A program made the translations under genes and the position numbers. This document shows positions 14,248-26,929 of a stretch of 64,000 nucleotides of DNA, piece after piece. The DNA is from Squalus acanthias (taxonomy: Eukaryota). The DNA lies in NCBI GenBank assembly GCA_030390025.1, contig CM059447.1, forward strand, positions 23,126,001-23,190,000. The letters run 5' to 3'. The stretch's first letter is position 1. Each line of letters starts with the position of its first letter. The notes under the pieces were generated by a model. That model saw only the letters and a list, made by a program, of their open reading frames with translations, was not told where the DNA came from and made no database searches.

Positions 14248-14680
14248 GAGGACTGGGTGGTGCAGTGGATTAGGTTGCATGTTCGGTTTACCTCTGGACC
14301 TGGGTCCAATCCAGCCCAAATAAATGGGATGAAGTCACCATTCTTCAGTTAATTTGGGGTCCCAATTGGAGGATTTTGGGCAGTCACAACCAAACTCCTA
14401 TGGTTGCGAGCTCACAGCACAAAACTGTCCTCAACTTGGCACGAATTGGGAATCTAAGTCAGAAGGGCACAAGGATGGCCTCTGCAGGAAATTAGAATGA
14501 TACCCTGCTGTAACAGGACATGTTTTTCTGAGGCTAGGGCGAAAGCATATTATTGGATCAGATTACAATGGAGCTTTGGTCTGTAGCGGGTTGTACTGTG
14601 ACTGATTTGAGTAGTTGAAACTGGGTACTGATATTCCATTCCCAACATTAATATCCATTGCCTTGAGCTCACAAAAGCCT
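14248..14680 (+). mobile_element. LF-SINE-like tRNA-derived SINE
   Basis: A box ggtggtgcagtgg, B-box-like gggtccaatcc, body cacaaaactgtcctcaacttggcacgaattggg; homologous to the copy at 29436. Confidence 0.6.
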
Positions 14681-15684
14681 GATTTTACATCAGACTTTTC
14701 TCCAACTTCATTTTTTTTTGTTAAAAAGCTATGTATGCTTTGAAGGGTTCCTAAATCACAAGGCCAGAATTGGGGAGGAAGGAGCTTAGGGACACCAAAT
14801 GGGTCATACAGATGTCAACTGTCAAATTGGTCTTTTCAGATCTGCACAAAACAATGAACAGCAATGCACTTTTGAAATAAATCACTTTGAAGTCTTGTTG
14901 CCCGTGAGGTTTACTTGAGTCCTTTTGCCTCACATTTATATTTTTGCTGCCGAAACAACAAGAAGCTGAAGATTTAATACCCCATTTATGCAGTCAGGAT
15001 ATGCTATGATTTCACAAAATACATATGGGAATGCACACCTTCATGAAATGTATATATTTATTTCTTGCTCTTGGAAGCAACCCTGTAAACAAGGTGCTGC
15101 CAGAGATAACAAAACTTCCACTGGGAGCAGATTTGCCTCTTCACACAATATACGAACAGCAGCAAATGTAAACAGCTGCCACCACAGCACTTGGGTTGGG
15201 TCTGCCATTTTCGATCAGGCCATTGGCAGGTTGAGAGCTCAGCTTGCCAAAACAAGTTAACAAATGTGCTTTAGCAATTGAGACTATGCACTAACTGCAC
15301 ATTTGTTGATTAGACTCAACTGCAAGGGGACCAGTTCAATGGGAAGCAGTTTTGTAGTACACTCTGTATTCAGAACAAATATTCCTAGGTTCACTATTCC
15401 ATAAAACAGGTGGGACGGGAAACAGAACTAATGAGGAAAACTTTAGATAAAAAAAACCTTCATTATATCGTTCTTCATTAAAGGAAACAGAAAATAGCCC
15501 ATTTTAATTGAGCAAGTACCTTTGATCAAAGGACAATTATTACAGATATGTCTACTACTTCCAAAAGGTAATTGAGATAATGCTATACTCCATGATTGAT
15601 CACATTATAGCAAAATGACACAGAAAGGAGTTTACACAGCCAACTTTACCTCTATAAAAGAAGAATTAGGAGCAAATAACTAAC

Positions 15685-15706
15685 CTTTGGTTTTATGTTC
15701 AGCAGC
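15685..15706 (-). CDS. TNRC6C: TNRC6C coding exon 4, 22-nt microexon (AAEHKTK + first base of the next codon)
   Basis: gctttttctttcag|GCTGCTGAACATAAAACCAAAG|gttagt. Matches human TNRC6C AADQKTK-V and lies 115 nt downstream of exon 3. Confidence 0.9.
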
Positions 15707-15821
15707 CTGAAAGAAAAAGCAGAAAAAGCTTATAGAACTTGGCTCATTTTATCCACTTAATAGAAAATTTGCTTTTCTGGTGATAAGTATAAGCAAAGAT
15801 GACCAATGTCAAATACACCAC

Positions 15822-15921
15822 CTTTTTCTGAGCAGCTTCCTTCTTTTTCTTCTCTTCTTGCTTTTTCTTTTTCTTTTCTTCCATCAAACGGTCCTCTTCT
15901 TTAGTTTCTTGTTCTTTCTCA
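15822..15921 (-). CDS. TNRC6C: TNRC6C coding exon 3 (100 nt; EKEQETKEEDRLMEEKKKKKQEEKKKKEAAQKK)
   Basis: gtttaatgaaatag|TGAGAAAGAA...CAGAAAAAG|gtggtg. Peptide nearly identical to the recalled human TNRC6C N-terminus MEEKKKKKQEEKKKKEGAQKK. Confidence 0.92.
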
Positions 15922-16369
15922 CTATTTCATTAAACAGACAAAAACCACTTGAAAAATTGAGCATTTAAAAACCTAGAAGCAAAAAGTTAAGAGTAAACTT
16001 GGAAAAACAGAATTCGCGAATCAAAACATTGTACTGCCGGAGTTACAACTACAGTAGCTCACATATTATAAAATGTCGCTAAGCGATATATCAAGTTAAA
16101 TTACATGGACTATTGTACTACTTGAACTATTATCACATATTTAACTTTATAGAACACTGCTCTCTAACTGTAATATAGTTTACTTTTAAAATTATAATTA
16201 CCAGATACTTCCAGGAATTTCAACACTACAAATATACGAACAGTTCAACATTGAGGCAATTAATTTTCCTTCCGATTGATGCTCAAAATTATCTGGTATG
16301 GTGACCCAATTTTAAAGTTTGTTAATTTTTTTCAACACTGGAAGAAGTTCCTGTTTCAGTCTAAAATTC

Positions 16370-16660
16370 TCATGGGCAGTCCAAAACTAGGGGCCATAAA
16401 TATAAGATAGTCACTAATAAATCTGATAAGGGATTCAGGAGCAACTTCTTTAGACAGAGAATGCTGAGAATGTGGAACTTGCTACCACATGAAGTGGTTG
16501 AGGCGAATAGCATAGATGCATTTAAGAGGAAGCTGGATAAGTACATGAAATAGAAAGGAATAGAAGGATATGTTGATAGGGCTAGATGAAGTAAATAAAG
16601 CGAGAGGAGGCTCGTGTGGAGCATAAACACCCCCGTAACTGTGCTTTAAATTCTATGTAA
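16370..16660 (+). mobile_element. CR1 LINE 3' fragment
   Basis: aaaactaggggccataaatataagatagtcact...gtggagcataaacac; same family as 63.2 kb. Confidence 0.85.
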
Positions 16661-18443
16661 CTAGATAGCATGAGCTATGAGGCTTCCTTTGACCCTAATT
16701 TTCATTTTCAGCATCTGTTATCTGATTACTTTGAGTCATTTGTTCTCTACTACAAAAATAAAATGTGATACACCTTTAAGTATCTGCATTCTCATTTCTA
16801 ATGCCTCATTTACGATTAATCCTAACCATACTTTATTTCAGTAAAATTGCCCTAATAATCAGCTACAGAAGTGCTCAAGAAAACCTTCAATGTGTACAAG
16901 TTATATTATAGTAGTTATCAACAATCTTCTATTTTGGAATAATTTAAAAGATCTGCAATTTAAAAAGACGCAGTTCTTTTTTAAACCCATATAAAAAGAT
17001 GCACCCCCTCTCCGTTTGGCCTCTACTCGAGTCTGGAGAATTACCAAGCAGTCTAGGGTCTATTCTTGGATACTCATGCAACACAAACTGCTACTCTTCT
17101 TCCATCCTCCCTCCTCCAACACAGCAAACTGGTCACGAGAAGCATCACCCACAACTGACAGGACCATCAGGACACCTCCCGCCCCCAACCCCAAGCACTG
17201 AAAATGAAACAAACTGCCTCAAGTCCACAAGTCACACTGTTCCCAGTGCAAGCACATTCAGACCAAAAATACTGGATGTGTCAATGCATTCCTCTCGGAA
17301 GCAGTATGCAATCAGTATATGCTATGACTTCATAAAATATGTATAGGAATGCACACTTCCATAAAATGTATATGGAAATGTACACTTAAGTGTACAATGA
17401 CCTAAAAATATGAATGTACACTTAATTATATAAAATATATGCATGAATATACAGCTATAGGTCAATGATGTATGTAAATGTATTTTCTTGAGAAACAAAG
17501 AACCCATAAATCCTTTACACCAATGTGATGTCATTATTGACAGCAGCTTGCTTTGCATGCTGGGAGCTGTAGTTGAAGCCATTCATCATTATGTTTGTAA
17601 ACAGACAACAAACATGGACAGAAAATACAACGCAGTAACAGATCGCTCAAGAAGATTGAGAGTTGTTATTTTTGGCAAGTTTTTGTAGATAACCATTTAA
17701 ATTGAGACACACAGATGGACGTTCAGTTAGATACAGGATAATTGAAAACTAAAAGGAGCAAGTTACTGGGAATATTATTCCATGCTTTAACTATTAAATG
17801 CATAACCTACAGGCCAATAGATTTTTGCGGGTCAATGATTCATCTACTAGAGTTTTTTCTAAATCCCAAATACTCAATTATTATTAAATGCTCAGCATAC
17901 CAAATTGTATTCTTTACGGAGGTTTGGCGTTTTCTCTCACTGACACACACACGCACAGAGAGGCACACGAACAGGGACTCAAATGTATTTTGCTGTCTCT
18001 GCACAAAAGGTGTACTTTTCAGACCCTTTGTGAATTGCAGAAAGTAACAGATCGTAACCCAGTAGACATTCCACTTGAGGTTACTGTAATTTAACCCATG
18101 GGTTTTCAAATTGCAGTCTGAAACCTACGAGGTCCTCAAGGTCATGAGTTTTCTGTAGTTTTCAGTATTTGTTAACTTACTGAAGTCTACACCACTTAAT
18201 TCAAATTATGATAATTCAAATTGTTTATAGCATTAAAATTCCCACTTTGCTGCATTATATTGCTTAATTTGAATTTGCAAAATAAAGCCTCTGAATTACC
18301 AAGTAAACTGTAACACTCTTTTCTTTACAATGTACTTTTTTTTTGGTTGCTGCTGGATACTAAAAAGAAAAAATAAGTTCTAAAGTTCATGGCGCTGAAA
18401 TTTGTGCCATAGTAATGGCTTATCTACGGAGGACGACATTTAT

Positions 18444-19153
18444 GGGCCAGAATTTGCTCACAAAATAACAGCAAATTCAATGTGCACACCATTATTAGTG
18501 TGTGAATCATCCAGCAATTTGTGGCGAGGAAGCGATATCGTGAGTTGTGAATCACCACAAATTGCTGGACAATTTGCACCCTGTCGTTAGCCTCCCGAAA
18601 ACGGGAGCTCACCATCGATCGATCCCCCACCCCCACCCCCAAGAGTTTCAAAAATAATTGCTGAATTTGCGCATTAATTACCAATTAAACTCACTGCAGA
18701 AAGTTAGGGCTGGTACTAAGCGCAAGAACCCTTTTAATGACGAGAATTGTGTTCCCACAATGCCACTCAACTTCTCCGTCCGAGAAAGGGAACAATTGAA
18801 ACTGTGGAGTCTCATTTCTGCAGGTAGTAAGTTGTTCTTAGGGATTTTTAAAATGTTTTTCTTACTTTTCCTTTGTCTTTTTTCTATCTCTTAATCCAAT
18901 CTTTTCCTCTTTATTTTTCTTTCTGTACCTGATTTGACTCTAATTCATCCAATTTCCTTCGTTGTCATTCCTGTTTCTTTCTCAATCCTTAAATCTCATT
19001 GGTTAAGGAGACAGACTGTTGGTCCCGTCATTCACCAATGTCCCAGATGTCCCATTATCAGCTCGCATTTCCAGCAATTTGTGGCACAAATTATTTGCAA
19101 GCTGAAGGGTGAGGGAAAAGGTCTAACGGGGCACGCTGCGAGATGCCCTGCCC
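18444..19153. mobile_element. Non-autonomous PIF/Harbinger-like element, right end damaged
   Basis: Left terminus GGGCCAGAATTTGC matches the TIR at 21254; CpG-rich subterminal regions. Confidence 0.55.
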
Positions 19154-20640
19154 ATTATGGTACAGTAATTTCAGGAAATTATGGCATGAGTAACGTATGT
19201 CATTACTTACACCATGCCATCACTTCCTCGGACTATTGCCCACTCCAGAGACCCTTGCTGAAAAAGTTGAGCAGCTAATTATCATAGCTCCGTTCCAATT
19301 AAAATCCATGGCAAAATTGAGTCTGCTGAATTAACACCAGTGATTGGCACAGCCACTTAGACCATTGCAGAATGGCACTGGTGGGGTCAGTGTGTTTGCT
19401 GCAATCACAAGCATCATAGTTCGTTGTTTAAATTAAGAAATAATTGTGATGCAAATAATTGCATCAGTGTCTTGGGTCACTGATGCTAAGTGCAAAGCAA
19501 ATATATATATCTGGGGCAAGCGGGTTGCATGTTCCTAGCCTTAAACTACCAACCCAATGTGACTTTTTAAATTTCATTTGTATAGTTAATGCTATGCGTT
19601 CCATTCCTCAAGTGAAATAATATAGTGAAGTGGAAAAAAAAGTGTACTTTGACACAAAAATGTGGATGATGAATTCCAGAAACTACTGTAAAACAAGACT
19701 CATTCACTGCACTTCTGTTCTCTGATGAAAACCCAGAGTTCATGCTCAGCATATTTCTTTCCTCACTTAACCACAATCAAGGTTGTGGGGAGTAGGAAAG
19801 AGAAAATATCCCTGGTAGCGACACAGAAAATGTCCTTTTTTTCCCAAAACAATCTAACCCAATAATCGGAATGATTCATCAATGGTAGGACATTCCAATC
19901 TGGGTTTCTGCCTATGTCATTTCTATTGCTTGAAATATATAAGCATTTCCTGCCAATAATAATTCAGATAATACCTTATACATGTACCTTATAAAAAGAG
20001 CCTTTGCAGTAAATAGCTAGCAGGGAAATCAAAGTTCAAAATTGTCTATTGCATGATTTGCTGCATTTCAGATACAAGATTAAAAGATCCCCGAGGGAAG
20101 GGATATAGGGCAACAGTGATGTGAAAGCCAATTTGAAGTTTGCAAGCAGAGGTGCAGTAAAATGCAGGAACATGAACAGGATGTGGTTTCCTCAGAACCA
20201 ATTTGAACCGAATTGCTCAGTACGTCTGGAAATTCACAACTTGAACACCACAAAATGGATAATTTGACAAACCACAATTTGAAAATACTGGTTACCATTC
20301 ATGTCATGCCTCCCATGAAACAAATCTTGCTACATATTCAAAGAATTGAAATTTTACTCTCTCCTGCCTTTTCATCATTTGTTTTATCATGTAAAGGAAT
20401 AGCACTGCAAGCAAGCAACATTTGTAAAAATAAATGAGTGTATATGGACATTGATATCAAATGCTCCCAATATAAAATTACCTTCAACTAGTCAATCTTC
20501 CATAGCATTTCAAATGGGGAGTCACAACCAAGTGCAGACTTCATGGGAAGGTGGCTTAAAGGGCAGGGGATAATTGGATCAAGGCATGCAGATTTAATTC
20601 AGTCACCATCTTAGTCATACATTCTGTCCTTATTTTTAGA

Positions 20641-20827
20641 TTTCCATTATATAAATTCCTATGTCCACATTTATAATGAAAACTGCCTATGTAAACTTAG
20701 CACATTATAATTACATCCTCTTGTCAATGGCAAGCACATCCACTGGCAAGAGGATGTAATTACAGTGTGACAAGTTTGCATAGGCAGTTTCTATTCTAAT
20801 CATGGACACAGGAATTCATCATGGAAA
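20641..20827. repeat. Long imperfect palindrome or fold-back element of about 187 bp
   Basis: aaactgcctatgtaaactt...tacatcctcttgtcaatgg / 9-nt loop / ccactggcaagaggatgtaatta...gcataggcagttt. Outer arms tttccat/atggaaa and aattcctatgtcca/tggacacaggaatt also pair. Confidence 0.9.
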
Positions 20828-21253
20828 AAGTTGACTAGAGGTATGCGCAGACGTAACATTACGAGTCAATCTCTTATGGTGTTGCACATGAAGATATCAG
20901 AGAATATGATCACTCTGATGTCTTCAAGTTGCTGTTTCTGTCTCTTCTCTTGTGCATCTCTCCCCTTAACTCTTGCTTTTTTCTGTCCTCTTCTGCTTCT
21001 CTCTCTCACTATTCAAACTTGGACTGAGGTTTGGAGTTCTGAATAACTAAGTCCTGAATTTAAAATGTTTTCCTCAATTTAAAATGTTTATGAAAAATGC
21101 TTAAATACACAAAGTACTGTTGTAGAGATATGTTTAAAAAAATAAAATTTTTCATTTTAGACAACATTTTACTCAAGTCTCAAGTATTTTTTATCCTTTG
21201 CGATAAGAAGTCACACCTTCAACAGTTGGACAGCTATGAGAGATCTACATATC

Positions 21254-22005
21254 GGCCCAGAATTTGCGGTCAGCGGCTAAGCGACAGCACTCACCGCTGA
21301 CCTAGAAGAAAGCTGCCCACAAAGATCTAGCGATCTCTGTGGCGGCGATTTCAGCTCTCCCAACCTTTGCTTGAATCTGGCGCCAAATCAAACGAATTTC
21401 CAGCATCCAAGTGATGTCATCAAGCTGGCTAAGCAGCCAATCACTTTGAAGGATTCTCACAGGCAAACCAGAAAGTAAAATGCACAGATTCTAATTTACG
21501 TTTTATAAATTTTTTTTTTTTTTATATACAGAGAGCGAACTAAAGATTGGGGCATACACATAGGATTAAGGTAGAAGCTGAAACCAAGCTAATTTTTTTT
21601 TAAAAAAACATGTAATTCTTAATCATATTAATGGGAAAATTTAACATTCCACAAATACAAAATTCATTTTTCAGGGCCAGAACGATTGTTGAGTAGTCAA
21701 CACGCCATTAAAACTCCAGTTGCACCTCTCAACAAGGCTTAAAGTTTTAGGGTTTTTTTTTTTAAAACAGCGATATTACAGCGTAATAGGGGAAGCTTCC
21801 ATCCTTATGTGATTTCAATTGATTGCCGGCTCTGGGCAGTTCCACAGCGCAACCTGTGGCGGAGCAGTGAATGACTGACCGCAACTTCAGGATTTCCGCG
21901 TTTATCTGCGCATGCGCGAAATCCTGAAGTTGCTGTCAGTTTCAGAGGGGTGATGACAGCAAACGCTGACAGTTTCGCCGTCATTACCACTGCAAAATCT
22001 GGGCC
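21254..22005. mobile_element. PIF/Harbinger-type MITE with TIRs and a 3-bp TSD (ATC)
   Basis: atc|GGCCCAGAATTTGCGGT ... ACTGCAAAATCTGGGCC|atc. Confidence 0.85.
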
Positions 22006-22154
22006 ATCATTTTCTGTATACAAAGTTTGACTGAGAAGTTATGCACCTGCATTACCAAAAGACAGAATGCCTTTAACTTCCTAGGACAAACCACTTTGAA
22101 TGGCTTTTCACTCAACATTCAGTTAGATATAGCTGAAACGTTCATTTAAATTAC

Positions 22155-22205
22155 CTTCTTAACTTTACTTTGAGAGTTTCTGGCAGCCAAAATAATTATT
22201 TTACA
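22155..22205 (-). other. Candidate 51-nt cassette exon in TNRC6C intron 2, with an in-frame stop
   Basis: tgttttttttcccag|TGTAAAATAA...GTTAAGAAG|gtaatt. Strong acceptor and donor; 3' 33 nt resemble exon 2. Confidence 0.45.
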
Positions 22206-23149
22206 CTGGGAAAAAAAACATTGGCGGAACAGGTGAATGGTACTGTCTGGTACACAATTTAAACAGCAGAAATACTTTAAAATAAAAAAAAAGGTTCAAA
22301 TTTCTCTCATCTACCATTAAAGCATACTCATTAAGCAAGGGATATGCTGGGTGGCATTTTACAATTCTTGCTCCGAATGTCAGCATCAGCGTAAACCATC
22401 ATCTACTTTACCTAACAATGCAACTTAACCATGTTAAAACACCTCCCTCCCACACCTGCAATCTTTATGGTCTCCAAGTGAGATTTCTAAAGGTTGCTTC
22501 ATCTTGCAGAGGCCTACTGGGCCCAAGTTGAAACTGGCCAAAACTGTTCAGAAGACATCATTGAAAGGTTAATTTTCAGTATATTATAAAAGGACTCACA
22601 TCAAGATCTCAAAAGTCAAAGGCCACACAGTGCTACCCAATGGTAAACTACCTCAGCCCCCATTTACTGTTGTATTTCATTGACCAAGGCCACATAATCA
22701 GACATTATACAATAAGTACACTAGTTTTACAAAAAAGACTAGGAAGACTAAAGCTACTAGACAGCAACCTTTGAGGATTCATTGGAACACAGGGCAATAG
22801 TCAAATGTGCCTCTGTGGACAGTGCAGAACAAATTAATTTAATATATCCATAATATGCCAAAAATAGTGGCATTGCTGAGGAACATTTCAGATTTTTACT
22901 GCCGCAAACAAAAACATTTCGATTACAAAATGCATTTATCAAAAACATGAAGAATTCCTGCTCGGCAATTAGTTTATTGTGCCTCATTGGACCGCTATCG
23001 GATCTGGAGCAAAGAAAACACCATATATCTCAATTCGTGAATTTAGCACCACTTGCCTGAATTATCTAACATTTTCTGTTACCCATTTTATATCAAACTC
23101 CATAATCTCTCCCCCTCGCAATTTACCCGAAATTGTAACACAAATGGAG

Positions 23150-23780
23150 ATCGTTTGGCAACAGCGAGGACAACAGTATAAGACTTCAGGAAGACACATA
23201 CATAGTAGAATGGGAAGACAGGTGCTAAAGGAATTTTATGTAGCGAAGTGTGACAGTACATTTTGGTAGGGAAAACAAGGAGTGGGAGTATATACTCAAT
23301 GGAAAGACACATCAGTAAATGAACAAAATAGACCTCGGTGGTCAAATAGTTAATTCCCTGAAATGCAAATGCAGGTAAATAGAACCATTTAACAGGCCGA
23401 TAGTGTTTTGGGTTTGATAAATTAGATGTAGAATACAAAAGTAAAGAGGATATGATAAATTCGTACAAGGCATAGCTTAGGCAACAGAGTATTCTGCAGT
23501 CTGGGCAACCCATTACAGCGATAGAAAACACACACTGTAAATCCACCAGAAGGATGCCAGGGATGGGAAACTATAGTTATAAGGAGAGATTTGAGGATTA
23601 TTTCCACTGGAATGCTTTTGCACAGGTAGTAGTTGCGGATCAGATCATGGCATCTTTTAAAGGGAAAAGTATTTAAAGCAGAAAAAAAATAAAGAGACAT
23701 GGAGAGAGCTGGGCAGTGGGATAGTTCTGGATTGGTTTACCAAAAGGATCAGCATAAACATAATGGCTTCAACGGTTCTA
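23150..23780 (+). mobile_element. Highly degenerate CR1 RT and 3' remnant
   Basis: agcgaagtgtgacagtacattttggtagg, gaatacaaaagtaaagagg, gagtattctgcagtctggg resemble the CR1 at 13.2-13.5 kb. Confidence 0.6.
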
Positions 23781-24249
23781 TGAAGCAGGGCGTGGTTCCG
23801 CAGCTGGCAACAGGGTTGCTAGGTGAAAGCAAATTGAGGTTGCGAGTCAGCCTAGGCACCATCTCTTTCTCAGGAGCTGAAGAGGCTTGTGATATACCTC
23901 AGCATCCTCAATCTTGTGTCTGTGCTAATTTTTATTTTTAAAAAGTGTCAGTGATATGTCTGGCACATACAGAAACCCATTACCATGTTTAAAAGTCTCC
24001 AAACCAAGCAAATGAGAAATCGACATTCACCCTTGGGGTTTCTGTTTGCTCAATACACAGTGCACACTCTTTCCGCACCCCCCACCCCCCATAGTAACAC
24101 ATCCCACTTACCCAAGTCCAGAGAGCTTATGCGAAGGTTGACAGAACCAAGGCTTCGGGACCCCAAGCATGCACATGGATACTGCTGGGGTTTAAATGCT
24201 AAAATTGCACAGCTTACCAGAGGTTTCGCTCGGTTTGTCCACAAGGAAC

Positions 24250-25300
24250 CACTAAACCCAGTGAGACATTGGCTTGCAGGATTTTATGGAGCCTCCAGGG
24301 AAGAATCCTGCCCCTGCCTCCCCTCTCTCCAGTGACAGGTCTGCTCCTCCATTAGTGAGCAAGATGGCTGGCCAATAGTGTCCTGAAGCATTGAGGACCT
24401 GCCTGGTTCAATTGTTGAATAATAAGTTGTCCATAAAGAGTTGACTTCATTCACAGCTTCTATCACCAGGCAAGTCATCTTGAGGCCACCACAACCCCAA
24501 ACACACTGTCCACACACCCCCACCCAACCCACCAGGATGATAGTTACTAGGTGGTCATCAGACAACTAACAAACATGGGTTTTAACCGTTACTAGGTGGA
24601 CAGAAGCTACTAAGAGCTCCTCGCAAATGGCATGGTAAAGCGCACAATTTGACCACATGATGTGCAAGTGCATTGCCACCAACCTCCTGACCATAGCAAT
24701 ACACACACCGTACCCCACTAACTGTTGGTTCCACCACTTGGAGGTACTGAGCCCCAGCAGCATCTGTTTGAGTCTCTGCAACCCAAACATCAAAGGTACT
24801 GAACCCCATCATTTCAAATCTCCATTCCCTCACGAGCTATATAATGGGCATCTGCTTTCTACATTCGAGAGGACCTACACAGAGCAGCTTGCATAACAAC
24901 TGTCTTGATATTCTAGATACCCAAGTTCAATGTTGTATGCCAGGCTTACTCCTTGCCTACCATTTAATCCAGGGCCTCACATGAGGGTCTTTGGCAAAGA
25001 GACATGTCTGTCATAAGGTTGACTCGCTTTCCAAAGTACCCAGCAACAGGTTGGCGTGGGTGCCAGAGCTCACCCTTACTGCAAATACTCCCCTTTTTGC
25101 CACAATCCACCTCACAGATTGGTCCTCTATCTTGCACCTGGGCCAGGGAAACCTCTTGTATTGCACGCCTAAGAGTTCTGAACCATGAAGAACTCCAAGC
25201 TACCGATATGAATCAATATTTAAGACGCATGTCTCTTGTATTTTCCCCAATAGCACCATTGAGATCCCTTCTTGAGCCATGAAAGTCTGTATCAATTACA
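24250..25300 (-). mobile_element. Possible ancient LINE RT remnant, clade uncertain
   Basis: Fragmentary minus-strand translations ELGYLEY (KYLG-like), YLQVVEP, LVGYGVC and CFRT occur in LINE order. Confidence 0.35.
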
Positions 25301-26375
25301 CTTGGAGCAGCCACTCTGGTTTTCCCACTAAGACAGTGATGCAGTAGTCCATGCTAGTCAGGTTAGGCAAGCTTAGTAAAGCAGGCAGCCAAGCCTGGGC
25401 CAGGAAATAACAAAGAGGGGGTACAGAATGAAAATGCGGCTAGATACTATGCGATCAATAAATGTATTAATGGTCACATGGTTAACACAGACCAATCAGC
25501 ACTACAGCTTACTACAAAATGACACTTTTTAAATATATGCAAGAAGTTGTTGCTATCTCTAAACAAAAATACTTGGGCATCCTCTCACATTGTGTGTTGT
25601 CATTTACTTCATTGCTACTATAGTAGTGCAATGCTTTTACAAAAGTATAAAACAACCATATTTTACCAATGCTTTATAATGTAGGTCAATGAAGAGTGAA
25701 CAAAGATGGAATCATACCTATAATCATGAGTGTTGCAAATGAGAGAGAAACTTTTTTTTGCGGGGGGGGGGGAAAAAGGTGAGCAGATTGTGCCTTTTCT
25801 ATTTATTTTAGCACATTTAACAAGGAGATTTAAAATGACACAGCGAAGAAGAAGAAGAAATCACAGGTCTGCAACCATCTCTTGCTGTGAACAGCTATTG
25901 ACAACAAACTCCATTTGACAAAACACCTTCCCTAACTATTTAGTCTTTCAGATTAGGGATTACATATAATTGAGATCAATGATAGAAAGGAAAAGAGCCT
26001 CGTGGTCGTAAAAAATATTTTAATGGAAATACAGAAAATGGCTGAAAGTTTTTTTTGGTCAATTGGTTATTTCACACACAAGATAACCTATCATGTTGTC
26101 TTCAATTCAAACCACTGAGAAATCTATAATCTCCTATGTGTTTCTTCCAACATGGAGTGCACTCACCTTTGTAGGGACACATCCCATTTAGCATATCCAG
26201 AGAGCTTAATGGCAGATCGTTGGAGCCAAGGCTCATGGAATCTAGTTTGTACGGTGCTATAACGCTACAGTTTAAACCAGTTAAAGCCATGCATGGCACT
26301 GGTAAGTTTCCCACTGATTGTTCAGCTCGTACCACCCTATCCATTAGGGCTTCGGTCTCCCAACATTATATGAAT

Positions 26376-26826
26376 GCAGCCTTGGCACAATAGTAGCATT
26401 CTTGCCTCTGTCAGAAGGTTGTGGGTTCAAACTCCTCTGTCATGACTTGAGCACATAATTTAGGCTGACTCTGCAGTGCCGTACTGAGGGAGTGTTGTAA
26501 TGTCAGAAGTGCCATCTTTCAGATGAGATGTTAAATCGAGGTCCCATCTGCCCTCTCAGGTGGGCGTAAAAGATCCCATGGCACTTATCAAAAGAAGAGC
26601 ATGAGAGTTCTCCTGGTGTCATGACAACATTTATCCCGCGACCAACATCAAAAAAAAAAGTTTAATTAGTCATTTATCTCAATGCTGTTTGTGGGAACTA
26701 GCTGTGCACAAATTGTTTGTCCCTACATTACAACAGTTACTGCACTTCAAAAGTACTTGATTGGTTGTGAAGCACTTTGGACTGTTCAGAGATTGTGAAA
26801 GGTGCTATATAAATCAAAGTTCTTTC
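26376..26826 (+). mobile_element. DeuSINE (SacSINE1-like), near full length
   Basis: tRNA-like head (gggttcaaac), Deu-domain-like gatgagatgttaaatcgaggtccc...aaagatcccatggcact, L2-type tail aggtgctatataaat. Confidence 0.8.
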
Positions 26827-26929
26827 TTCCTTTCAAACCAAGTGGGATAATCCTAGGCACAGTGACAGGTGTACCCTCCCAGATTCCATTGGTGAGCAAA
26901 GTTGACTGCTTGATATATCAACAGTGTCC

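Larger units (their letters stand above)
14988..17373 (+). repeat. 68-bp direct repeat (14988-15055 and 17306-17373) flanking exons 3-4
   Basis: atgcagtcaggatatgctatg...aaatgtatat versus atgcaatcagtatatgctatg...aaatgtatat; about 10 mismatches, no gaps. Confidence 0.8.

Noticed and set aside
1-15600. Next TNRC6C exon (VPE...RYLPREVPPRF)
   Set aside because: No matching minus-strand frame seen; it probably lies left of the window.
15780-15968. Plus-strand hydrophobic ORF (FLLFLLFLL...) resembling a membrane peptide
   Set aside because: It is the antisense shadow of the Lys/Glu-rich TNRC6C exon 3.
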